A DNA stretch of 63,599 nt, counting the filler, from Octopus bimaculoides (Eukaryota): NCBI RefSeq assembly GCF_001194135.2. It is 6 parts of 4 records of this genome, joined end to end, with 100 filler letters (N's around TTAATTAATTAA, not from the genome) between each part and the next. Parts side by side here need not be neighbours in the genome. Positions count along the whole stretch, not along the records: positions 1 to 16,059 come from NC_068988.1; 5 more parts are not named here. The stretch is one strand, 5' to 3'. Below the pieces are notes generated by a model. The model made no database searches. It was not told the DNA's origin and worked only from the letters and a program-made list of their open reading frames with translations. Numbering within the stretch: position 1 is the stretch's first letter; each line of letters opens with the position of its first letter. The translations under genes and the position numbers were made by a program. This document shows positions 1 to 12,481 of this stretch, piece after piece.

Positions 1-93
1 AAGAAGAAGAAGAAGAAGAAGAAGAAGAAGAAGAAGAAGAAGAAGAAGAAGAAGAAGAAGAAGAAGAAGAAGAAGAACAAGAACAAGAACAAG
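1..93. repeat. (AAG)n microsatellite grading into (AAGAAC)n
   Basis: Direct reading of the sequence. Confidence 0.95.
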
Positions 94-552
<459 letters not shown>

Positions 553-557
553 TTTTT

Positions 558-782
558 AAGGCAGTGAACTGGCAGAACCGTTACTACCACGCCGGGCAAA
601 ATGCTTAGCGGCATTTCGTCCGATTTTGCGTTCAGATTTCAAACTGTGCCGAGGTCGACTTTGCCTTTCAAAATGTTGGGGTAGATAAATTAAGTACCAG
701 TGAAACACTGGAGGGCGGGCGATGTAATCGAATAGTTCCCTCTCCATCATACTTTTGAGGTCTCGTACCTCCAGGAGAAAGG

Positions 783-783
<1 letters not shown>
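558..783 (+). mobile_element. tRNA-headed SINE (family B) with (TTA)n tail
   Basis: Head aaggcagtgaactggcagaaccgtta and body ttcaaactgtgccgaggtcgactttgcctttca...gataaattaagtaccag recur at 855-1060, 18186-18389, 49585-49695 and 52015-52204. Confidence 0.85.
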
Positions 784-839
<56 letters not shown>

Positions 840-854
840 ATTATTATTATTATT

Positions 855-1060
855 GAGCTGGCAGAATCGTTAGCATGTCGATCAAAATGCTGAGCAGCAT
901 TTCCTCCAGCTTTTCATTTTAGTTCGTATGTCACTGACATCGACTTTTCGTTTCAGTCTTTGAGGGCCGATGAAATAAGTACTATGGTGTACTAAGATCG
1001 ACGAAACTGACTTGCCCTCTATTCAAAATTGTTGACCCTTGGCCGATATTTGAGAGTATT
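855..1060 (+). mobile_element. SINE family B, diverged copy
   Basis: gagctggcagaatcgttagc head and body homologous to 558-783. Confidence 0.75.
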
Positions 1061-2881
1061 ATCGTTATTTTAGTATCTCATTTAGATACGATATAAGCAA
1101 ATCAGAAGCGAGAAGACCGTCGATCTTATTATTAATTAACTTTATCTAAACCGAAAGAATTAGTGGCAATGTTTGAACGTAGGGCGTAAAAAATAAGAAA
1201 GAATTACTAGAAAGCTTTAACGATGTTACTAGTTCACTACGCTTTCCGCACATGATAATACATATTTCTAACACTGACACAAGTTTTCTCACGACTTGAA
1301 GGAATGTACCTTCGAATATTTTAATACTTGTTATTTCACCTATAAAGTAGTTTATCGAATTCGTAAAGATAAAATGGGAAGTTGATCTTAGATGGTATTG
1401 AACTCAAAATGCAAATGGACATTTTAAAATGGTACACGACATTTTAGTTCGTATCTGTAACGACGATGACACCCCAACACCTAGAAACGATAATATTACC
1501 GTAAGGTGAAACTTTATCATGGAGCAGATACGCTCCTGTTATCTATCATCGTATTTTTCAGCATTATTTTTCTGCAGTAACTAATAAACATTAATGAAAT
1601 TTTCCTACAGTGTCATTTCGCTACCTTTTGTTTATTTTTTAATCGTATATCTGTCTGTCATCTGAATGTCTTATCGCTGTTTATTCACTTGCTAATGTTT
1701 GACTATTTCATGGCACCGTTCAAATTTTCAAGTTGGTTTAGTGTACATATCTTGTTCAAATCTGTTATTTATACCAATTTTTATGCATGATTTTCAACAA
1801 GCGACATAAGGTCAAGGTTGTCTATTCCTAAATTGAATCAAGGTTCACTCCATATCTCGTCTGCCAACGTTCGTTCAATATAGTCCTTATGCGATAAGCA
1901 AATGACAGACACAAGGATACCTACACACTCAAAAAAGACACACACACGTATACACATTCATCCATACATACATATAATACACACACGCATATATATATAT
2001 TTGCACACATATACACACACACAATGTGCATCTTTCAATTAATGTATACCAAACCCATTTACCAATTCACTAGGCCCTGGTGACTGTAAGGTGTAACGCA
2101 ATGGCACTGAACACGTGACCAAGTGGTTGGGAAGCAAACTTCTTACAAAGCTACCACGTCTGAAAATACCATAGAACTTTCTATTGTAAAATCTGTACAT
2201 AAAACTTTTAGTATGTTCATACTGATTTTGGAATGGTTAATTGAAATATAAACAAATCCAATCTTGAACAGGAGGCCCCGTTCGTAAACTGCACATACGC
2301 TTAAAAGAAAGCATTTGTACATATGCCGCTTCCGTCAAAACATATCAGTGAATATAATGGCCAATGGAAAATCCACAGTCCAGAAAATTGGAAATTGGAG
2401 GATCAATGAGGCAATTCAACCATCAAATAAAAAAGCGGTAATTGGCTAATTTTACATTATAGTTCTGAACATGAGGCAGCATCTCATCCATTCCATTTTC
2501 TTTGCGGTTAGGTTCTCAGAGCATTCTCCATGTTTAAAACACGTTTTAATGATAAAGTAATGAAATTAGATGAAAACAAAAACCGCTGATTTTCGTTTTA
2601 CTTAAATTTTTCGCTCTTTATATACAATTTATACTGTTGCAATCAATAGACATATATTACTGTGTGTATTCGTTTATATATGCTTCTATGTATGCATATA
2701 TATATATAAACAATAAATTAAACAGTGAGATATAATTGACAATCCAATAATTCATTTTTATTATCATATAACATAATATACTATGAATATAATATAATAC
2801 GAAATTCCGTTGAAAGGATGGCTAGATTGTAAAAATCCAGCCGTCATTTCAGACAGAATGTCGTCTATTTTCAAACCATTG

Positions 2882-2959
2882 GCTCTGATGAGTCTTATAT
2901 AAAGGAATTGAATTGTTCATATATCAAAAAATGTATATAAGTCGAAACAAATTGTTGGC
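2882..2959 (+). ncRNA. Type I hammerhead ribozyme motif (PLE-type), catalytic core intact
   Basis: CTGATGA 2885-2891; stem II GTCTTATATA/TATATAAGTC (9 of 10 paired, G10.1-C11.1); GAAAC 2944-2948; near-palindromic stem III ACAA-A-TTGT; GUU triplet; 3-bp stem I GCT/GGC. Confidence 0.6.
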
Positions 2960-5489
2960 ATTTTTGCTTTTTAATGATTGTTCATATTATATTATATCAT
3001 ATCATATTGTATTATATCATATTCATAATATATTATGTTATATAATATAAACAAATTAATGGATTGTCATTTGTATCTCTTTATTTAATTTATTCCTTGT
3101 AATTTGCATTATACCCATATTTATGTGGTATTCCACTGGCGTACCAGACCAGTGAATTGGATGTTTTTCACACCCATTGGTAGGAATTCCTTTCCTTATT
3201 CTGTTACTTTANNNNNNNNNNATATATATATATACATATATATATATATAATTATGATAATAATATTAGGGATAAAATCCAAATTTAAAGGTAAAAATTC
3301 AATTTAATTTAATATATCAAATTTAAAATTAAATTAATTTTCACAATATATAATATATAAATATATAACTTAGAGAAGAAAAAAACACAATTCTTGAATT
3401 CATCCATGAAAATCCACTGTCACATATAGAAAAATTTAATAACTAATTACTCTAAATATATATATATATATAACTATGTGGGAGGAGTTAGCTGACAAAT
3501 CCGCAAACAAACACACTCACAGACAAAATTTCCCACATATGTAGTAGATATGTTAGTGTATGTGGTTTTAAAGGGAAATCTCATTCCCTTCTGTCTTCTT
3601 TCTTACCATAAGAACTTATCAACGGAAAAGAACACAAGCAATTGCCTCTGACAATATTTAGAACTTCATATCGTGGGCGATTGGAAATCTTTGTAAATAT
3701 CAAAATTGCTTTTGTAAATTACACATCACAGCCTTATACGAGAAAAAAAAAAGTATCAGCCTTTACTGATGTAATTTTAGCTAGTTCAAAGTCTTAGCTG
3801 CAGTATAATATATATATTTGAAATAAATAATGTATCCCACATATTCGATTACTGAGATCGAACTCATGTTTACTGTAAAACCTACAGCCAAGGAAACCAA
3901 TTCATGAATGTAATATCGTAGGTTAATCGTTCAAATCTTAGCTTTTAACTTAACAAGTTATGAATCCTTATATCAGCAGCTTGTAAACGGGAAATATTCC
4001 ATAAAATAACGAAGCCGAAACAGATAAAAGATTTTATGACATGTCTGGGAATCGAACTATCAGCTCGCTTTGAAATGTATAACAGCGCCAGCCACTATTA
4101 TTAATGCAACATCAGAGCATCAGCTCTCCAACTTAGTAGTCTGAGCCGAAAGATTCTGCACGGTTTTAAACCAGCGGCTTGTCAGGAGAGAAGTGAGTAA
4201 ACAGATCATCAGCGTATGGTAGTATCGATATGACGAGCTGTCATACAATCGTAACTATACGAACAAGTTCCGTTCGTAGAAATAGGCTTGTGCATATTAT
4301 TCAATACAATTAAGATGTAATACTCGGTTTCTTTGTCACATTTAATCACATCAAGCTGAGAGACAGAGCCACATGCATTTCTTGATTCAAATGATAATTT
4401 TATGACGTTACGGTTAAAACAGTGACATGGGAAAGAATGTTGCCTGCAGTTTACGTCCACTAGACTCTACCTGCGATGTGTTTGTAAGGTCAAAGAGATA
4501 GCAGATGACATCTCTTTAATTCTACAACATTAAAGAAACTTCGAGAGAAATAATTCTGTTGCGAACTTAAATTCCTATCAACAAACGAATGCCTGCCCGA
4601 AATTTCGCGGATTTTGCCTCTAATTTCTGTCTATTACTTAGTATCACATATCCACATAAATACCAGTAATTACTTGGTGACCACAAACTTCATAAATTGA
4701 TTCAACAAATTGCTACCATATTAAAATTAAAATTTATCCTACAATATCATTCACTAAGGTAACACAACTCGGCAAGCATATGCCTCCATTCAATCAATAT
4801 GTTTGAAGAGAAGAATGAAAATGTAAGGTAGAAGCTTACTTAATCAGTTCCAATGAGTGAATGAGAAAGACATTAAAAACGTATGAGGTAATGTAGGAAT
4901 TGTAAAGGAAATAGGTTACAAATTCACATTATATGAATGAGATTACCATTATTTGAGTAGCATAATCCGTAATAATGTTGTTTTAGATTGATATAGGCAT
5001 CCAAGATAACAGCGCGTGGAAGATTATGTTGTATAGTAATGAAACGTAGGAATATTTTATCATTGAAATTGTGCTGAATGTCATTACGTTGCTATTAGTT
5101 AGGCATTAGTTGCTGTGTAAGAAGTTTTAACTTTCAAGTGAGTAATTAAGTAAGGTTCCTCACATCCTACACCATTTCCACCTATTGAAATGAACTTCCG
5201 ATTTAGGTTTGAGCATAGAATGCGAAATGACATCCATCGTTTAAGCGCGATGAGCGACAATCATCTCTGAACACAGGCCTCTGAATTATAAGAGATGATG
5301 CTAATACATTTCATCAAGCAAACAAATGCTAATATAATCACATGGAGAGATTTACATATATGCACATTTAAATATATATCTATTATATCTATTAATCTGT
5401 AAGCATATGGACAGATCTGCCTGTGATTATCATAAACAGATTTACAGTCATAAATTCATGAATTCGCACATGTATTTCATACTTATATA

Positions 5490-5707
5490 CGCAGACGTGC
5501 TGAAAAGTTCTTGGTTATACGATTATCACGGAAGGCCAGGTTAGAGTGGGGGTCAACTTTCTGAGTTCTTTTACATGGCTTAGAAATACTGAGGAAGTGT
5601 GATATGTGTGTGAATCTGAAAGGAGAATTTGTTGAATAAAATCATAATTAGCTGATTCTACTGTATTTTCTTTTACTCAAAGCCAAGACCTTTTCAGCGC
5701 CTCCTGT
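5490..5707. mobile_element. Mariner-derived MITE
   Basis: TA-flanked. Imperfect TIRs gtgctgaaaagttcttgg and (rc) gcgctgaaaaggtcttgg; the same TIR core (gaacttttcagc) ends the DD34D mariner at ~29.65 kb. Confidence 0.7.
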
Positions 5708-5769
5708 TATAAACATATACAGGCATGCATATCCATACACACATACACACACACACATATATATATACA

Positions 5770-5962
5770 TAGTTCAAATTTACAGAAACGCAAAAAACGA
5801 AGAGAGGTGTATACACAAAAAGTAAGTGTATTAGTTTGACGCTTGGGAAGGTGAGAAAGTATTTTATGTTTCGAGCCTACGCTCTTCAACAGAAAGGAAC
5901 ACGTGGAAAGAAACAGAGAGAATAAAAAAAAAACTTGTGGGGTTAGCAGTCAATCATGGCCA

Positions 5963-5965
<3 letters not shown>
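5770..5965 (-). mobile_element. Non-coding interspersed repeat carrying a minimal hammerhead-like motif (5861-5896)
   Basis: Homologous to 32340-32600. The minus strand reads CTTT-CTGTTGA-A-GAGC-GTAG-GCTC-GAAAC-AT-A-AAAT. Confidence 0.6.
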
Positions 5966-6001
<36 letters not shown>

Positions 6002-7044
6002 GTTGCTATTGTGTTAAACTATCATATGTCCAAATTTGGCCGAATGTGTTTTTTTCAATATTTATTTTTGCTCGGAATAGCCGGTTCATAGGGTCAAACA
6101 ATCCTATCTCCAGCTGCTTCGGATGCCAAGATATCAAAAATTGTCAAAATGTAGTACAACGGTTTTGCTANNNNNNNNNNNNNNNNNNNNNNNNNNNNNN
6201 NNNNNNNNNNNNNNNNNNNNNNNNNNNNNNNNNNNNNNNNNNNNNNNNNNNNNNNNNNNNNNNNNNNNNNNNNNNNNNNNNNNNNNNNNNNNNNNNNNNN
6301 NNNNNNNNNNNNNNNNNNNNNNNNNNNNNNNNNNNNNNNNNNNNNNNNNNNNNNNNNNNNNNNNNNNNNNNNNNNNNNNNNNNNNNNNNNNNNNNNNNNN
6401 NNNNNNNNNNNNNNNNNNNNNNNNNNNNNNNNNNNNNNNNNNNNNNNNNNNNNNNNNNNNNNNNNNNNNNNNNNNNNNNNNNNNNNNNNNNNNNNNNNNN
6501 NNNNNNNNNNNNNNNNNNNNNNNNNNNNNNNNNNNNNNNNNNNNTGAACACGTGACAGGAGAAGACAAAGGGAAAGACAAAGGAGAAAATAAGAGAACCT
6601 CCATGTTTAGTTAACTTATATCTACAAGTTAGAAGTGAGAAGTTGAAACGAACACGAATAAATATATATATATATAAAAAAAAAAAGAAAAAAGCAAAGG
6701 AGTGTCCGAGGCGATTAGAAAGCGTACAATCAATAACGAAATTAGATGAATATAGAATGAAAACCAAGAAAAAGATAAAGACAAAATTACGAACGCGCGA
6801 ACGCACGAACACAAAAGAAGAAAAGAAAAAACGCGATCGAAATACTACAGCGAAATTCAATTTCGAAATATACAGGATGATACTCTTTACTCCTGCAATA
6901 ATTTGTCAGCATCATAAAAAACAAGTGTTTTACACTCAGTTTAGTATTCAGGTGCTATCTACCAACTTGTTTTGAAGATAAGAGCTTCCATGTATCTATA
7001 TATCTATATATCTATCTACCTATCTCTCTCTCTCTCTCTCTCTT

Positions 7045-7077
<33 letters not shown>

Positions 7078-7187
7078 CTATATATGTATGTTTGTATGTA
7101 TAAATACAGGTATATGAATATAAATATATTTGTACACATATATATACATACAGCATATTGAGATGTATATATGTGTGTGTGTATATA

Positions 7188-7234
<47 letters not shown>

Positions 7235-7631
7235 ATATATATACATACGTACATATATGTATGTATCTATGTATATATATATNNNNNNNNNNNNNNNNNN
7301 NNNNNNNNNNNNNNNNNNNNNNNNNNNNNNNNNNNNNNNNNNNNNNNNNNNNNNNNNNNNNNNNNNNNNNNNNNNNNNNNNNNNNNNNNNNNNNNNNNNN
7401 NNNNNNNNNNNNNNNNNNNNNNNNNNNNNNNNNNNNNNNNNNNNNNNNNNNNNNNNNNNNNNNNNNNNNNNNNNNNNNNNNNNNNNNNNNNNNNNNNNNN
7501 NNNNNNNNNNNNNNNNNNNNNNNNNNNNNNNNNNNNNNNNNNNNNNNNNNNNNNNNNNNNNNNNNNNNNNNNNNNNNNNNNNNNNNNNNNNNNNNNNNNN
7601 NNNNNNNNNNNNNNNNNNNNNNNNNNNNNNN

Positions 7632-7675
<44 letters not shown>

Positions 7676-8350
7676 CACTCCCGACAATCTCCAACGTCTA
7701 TGATTTCAAGCAGATTTCTTTCCTATTCGTCTTTATTTATTCCTTTATCTTTTCATTTATTTTATATCTTCCTTTGTTTATGTCTGTTGCTTCAAATCCT
7801 TCATAACAGTTTGGTTATGTGTATTTGTCTATCACATAATTTTTTCTCTTATTCTAATTCACTTCTTCGTAGTCTATGTTTTGTTTGCAATGTAATCTCT
7901 CGGTTTTACTTTCATTCTTTTTTTTTTAAAATTCGATTATTGATTCCATCTTATATTAGTGTGTGCGCGTATATGTGCACCTATACAAATACAAATACAC
8001 ACGTGCTTGTGTATACATACGTTCGTACGAGCGTGTGTATACATATATATATTTGTGTGTGTGTGTGTGTGTGTATCACAAGCAAACAGGGTAGTTATTA
8101 AATCTTTGTAAGAGATGAAAGCAGTAACTATGCTGGCAAGTAATGCTTGTCGCCAATTCAACATTGCTGTTCCATTTGAACGGACGTTACTGCAATTCTT
8201 TTAACCCCAAGTGGACATTTCCTCTAGCTGCATCCGAGAGATATCGAGCAGGAGGGCGAACTACCTCCACCTTCTAGTGTGGGGATCATCAGACCAGCCT
8301 GGCTTCGGTCTATTATATTTGCCCTTCCTCAGAGCTAGACACCACATCTG

Positions 8351-8384
<34 letters not shown>

Positions 8385-8640
8385 TATAATTATAAACATA
8401 ATTATAATCAGGGGTCAGCTAATTGCTTCGCCATGCACCAAATTTAGAAATAGGAGTTAAATGCCTTTTCTACTACCATAAAGATGTCCCGCACAGTAAG
8501 ACACTTTTTTACGTAGGCGTAAAGAAAAAAATAGCGAATCTGCACGACTCAGATTAGCTACATACGCGTTTTGAGATTAAAGTAAAGTTATATTTACTTA
8601 CTTATTTCACATCTTCAGTATTTCGAAATGCAAATTCGAA

Positions 8641-8825
8641 ATAGGACGAATGCTGCCGTTGATTAGCTCCAAGCGGCCATCGCGTTTAGCTAGCTATGTG
8701 ACATACGAACTTGTGTCCATTATAACCTTCGAACAGGGGAGGTTGGCCGCTTCTCCTTGCTGGTCTGGTATCTACAGACTAGTTTCTAGGCCTCTTAGAG
8801 CTAATTAACGGCAGCCCCGTCCTAT
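8641..8825. mobile_element. Foldback/MITE with ~38-bp terminal inverted repeats
   Basis: ataggacgaatgctgccgttgattagctccaagcggcc vs rc of the right arm ataggacggggctgccgttaattagctctaagaggcc. Confidence 0.75.
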
Positions 8826-8966
8826 CTTTCTTGACTGTCATGTTAGTTTGGTGATAACTATTAATATCCAGCACCGCTGCCGTAGTCTCCTTTAAAGAGA
8901 CTTAGAAATATTAATATTTCTGTATATATATATATTTATTTATGATGATATTTATGATGAAAGATG

Positions 8967-9020
8967 ATATTTTACGTTAATCTCTTAACTTACCTCTGTC
9001 GGTTATGCATCTAACTGTAC

Positions 9021-9069
<49 letters not shown>

Positions 9070-9160
9070 GTGTGTATGCCTGTGTGTACAACAATCTATT
9101 TCGCGTGTACAGTTAGATGCGTGACCGACAGAGGTGAGTTAAGAGATTCTCGTAAAAGAT
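8967..9160. repeat. Foldback element: 56-bp inverted arms around a (GT)n spacer
   Basis: Arms 8967-9022 and 9105-9160 match at 50 of 56 positions. Confidence 0.85.
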
Positions 9161-9232
9161 CCTCACTCAGTTTACTTGTAGTATAGAGATTTATTTACTA
9201 CGGTCAAATGTAGTTTTCCGAGTGATGATGTA

Positions 9233-9495
9233 CAGGGTGTTCGCAATAAATCTGACAGTTCGCATACAGAGAAAGCAAATATTATCCACCCTCAACTACC
9301 ATGAATTCCCTAACACACCTCGGAATATGCGGCATACGTTCCTCATAGTGTCTTTTTGAAGACCTACGAATTCATTCTTGATCCAAACCACCATGTCTGC
9401 TCGGTGCTGTAGGTTGTCGGTTGGCGTCTTTCTCAATCGTACCTGCCACATAATAACCCCATTGGATTGCTATCGGACGGATTAGGCAGACTATA
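9233..9495 (-). mobile_element. DD37D (maT-type) mariner 3' fragment with TIR
   Basis: TA-cagggtgt TIR at 9231-9240. Minus-strand PNPSDSNPMDYYVAGTIEKDAN...VVEGG resembles the WPPNSPD.NPLDYYVW C-terminus. Confidence 0.6.
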
Positions 9496-10813
9496 CTGCT
9501 TCAATCTCTGTATCGTCTGGATATCCACCCACCGACTTAGGAATATTTGTGTTTAAGATCGAGCCCAGAGTCGGGCTCTTATTTCTGTTCAAGAAATCGT
9601 ATTTAATTAACTGCGGTGTTAATTTAATTAGTGTAACGAGCGGAAAATTTTTTATTCATTTCTTTTAAACTACTGATGTGCGAAAATTCACTAACATCTT
9701 AATTATTTCTTGTAAACAATTAGTCAGTGCGGTAACACCAAAATACAATTTAATTAAAATTAATTAACAGTACCACGCAGTGGAGAGGACTTCTTCCAGA
9801 CATAAATTCATTCAAAATTATACAGAGTTTTAATGCAAATAACCACAATAAGTGACATCTCCGGTCGGGAGATCAGGAATCCAGAGTAGCAGCATCTACT
9901 TTGCTTATTGTTAACATCCTAAACCGTTTTATATTATGCAGGTGACAAGTCAACAGGTAATGGCAATGGTAATTGAAGCATATCTCGGGTCATTTTACTG
10001 AGGACGCTCCAAAAACCGAAAGGATTGCACAATTATGTTCGACCAATCCCTTCAAGAAGCATACTTTGAAACCAAATAGTTTCGGGTTCAGCCCCTACTG
10101 TGCGGCAACGTAAGAACATATCTTCTCTACCTCAAGGTGGAGCAATTCCTTGAGTGAATTTGGTAGACGGAACTGTGTGAAATCATAGACGTATGAATTC
10201 TCATACTTGTACCAGTTCCACTCACAAGTATTTGGTCGGCTCGAAGTTAGAGCAGAAGACACTTGGTCACGGTGCCATGCTGTGGGATTGAACTGGGAAT
10301 GATATGTATAGTTGAGAAGCTAGCATCGCACCACACAGGCACGCTTGCACCTTAGAAATTCGTTAACCGATATTTTTACCATTATAGAAGGTTTCCACGA
10401 TAAAATAAGTTTGCAAACCAAAGCCAGAAGAGATATTCGAACAATAAATTCACAGGACATTAGACAAGGAATCGATATAACTAACTATTATATTATTTAT
10501 ATGTTAGTGATAGTACTAGTTTTGCTGTTTCTTCTCATATAGGCTGTTTTACATTATCGTTTTAGAATCAAGCAGCCATTACTTATTACATAAATAGTAA
10601 ACTGGAAATGTTCTCAGAAGTAGAAAAGCGGAAGCGAAAGCCAAATTATGTATGTTATCCCCAGGTGTAATTTTTAACCGAAATCTGTCTCCTTAATATT
10701 GCTTCAGTTGCCGAAAAGCAAAACGTAATTATGTTTCTCTGTTCTGTTGCTCTGTTCCGTTCTGTACCATTTATTAATCTAATAAACATGTTTGTATGCA
10801 TATGTATACACAT

Positions 10814-10855
<42 letters not shown>

Positions 10856-10930
10856 CTGTGTGTGTGTCTGTCTTTGTCTGTGTATGTGCATATATAATGT
10901 GTTGTATATGTATATACATATATGTGTGCG

Positions 10931-10961
<31 letters not shown>

Positions 10962-11782
10962 GTGCACCTTTGTATTTGTGTGTGTTTGTGTGTGTATGCA
11001 TCTGTGTTTGTGTGTGTATGCATCTGTGTATGTGTATGATACATACCCAAAGGTATTGTTATCTGGGAGTGAAATAAGTTTGTTTCGTATCTGCATTGCT
11101 TCGTTATATGCCACAGAAAGTTGGTCATTAGTATCAATAGGTAGTCAAATCTAAAATATTATCTTCATTGTAATTACCTATGTTTAATGAGCATAGGACC
11201 TTAGGTCTACGTAATAGCATTACCAGCTTATTTGTGTGGAAATAAGTATATATATNNNNNNNNNNNNNNNNNNNNNNNNNNNNNNNNNNNNNNNNNNNNN
11301 NNNNNNNNNNNNNNNNNNNNNNNNNNNNNNNNNNNNNNNNNNNNNNNNNNNNNNNNNNNNNNNNNNNNNNNNNNNNNNNNNNNNNNNNNNNNNNNNNNNN
11401 NNNNNNNNNNNNNGAGCGTCTTTCTTGGTAGAAATTACATGTAGATTGTACGTACTTCAGCATATTAGTTACATACTTCGGAATATCATATCACTTCGAC
11501 TCAGTACTACCTTCCATCTGTTATCGTTTATTTGTTTCAGCCATTTGACAGCGGTCAATCTGAAGTTCCGCATTGAATTTGTCTAAATTGAAACCATCGA
11601 CTCGTGTTCTTATATGTTACTAAAGCAAAGAAAAAGAAAGAATAAAGAATGAAAGAAATGAATAAAAGAGAAGCGTTGCTCATTATTTTGTTCTCTCCTG
11701 CTGAAACACTAATTTACCTAGAACTAAATAACAAATCAACACCGGTTGAGAAGTGGTGGTGATGATGGCGGTTGCGACACAC

Positions 11783-11821
<39 letters not shown>

Positions 11822-11866
11822 GAGAGAGAGAGAGAGAGAGNNNNNNNNNNAGACAGACAGACAGAC

Positions 11867-11922
<56 letters not shown>

Positions 11923-12351
11923 GCTTACATGTATACATATTCCATGCATGCATATATATACACATGCATACACCATGTAAATATACATGTGTCTGTGTGT
12001 TTGCATAAATGTATACAGTCGACGGGCTCCCAGTTTGTGACTGCCAATTATCGGTCACCTCGCGGTTACAATTAAGAGTAGTTGCTCAAGATGCGGCGCA
12101 GTAACACAGAACCTGAAGCCACTTTGTTTCGAAGCAAGTTTCTTTACCACACAGCCATACCTGAGCCACACCATGCTTTCTTCTTTTCTTTTTTTACCCA
12201 AGAACATGTTTATCTGACTCGTAACGTATCGACATTAGTTTCAAGCCTAATGTTGGTCTCAAACCCGAAAGATACTTTTATTTTCTGATTTTTGTTCCCA
12301 TAGATTTTAAGTTGCTCATACATTCTGAAATCGACAGACGCTTGTACTCAC

Positions 12352-12481
12352 TGTGATTACATTATATTGCTTTATGGTAAGGGATGGGGCGCGAAAGGGG
12401 AGCAGCTGCCACTTTGAATATGGTAGAAGAGTAGGGGCCGAAACGGGACGTGGTTCCGCCTGATAATGTCTTATCCTGATC
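12352..12481 (-). other. Candidate isolated exon (unverified)
   Basis: Acceptor ctcctttatctttacag|G and donor CA|gtgagt bracket 130 nt with one open frame (IRIRHYQAEPRPVSAPTLLPYSKWQLLPFRAPSLTIKQYNVIT). No recognisable homology. Confidence 0.2.

Noticed and set aside
5956-7806. Long ORFs rich in X, YI, CV, TH or ER (here and throughout the track)
   Set aside because: They are read-through of N gaps and dinucleotide or trinucleotide microsatellites.
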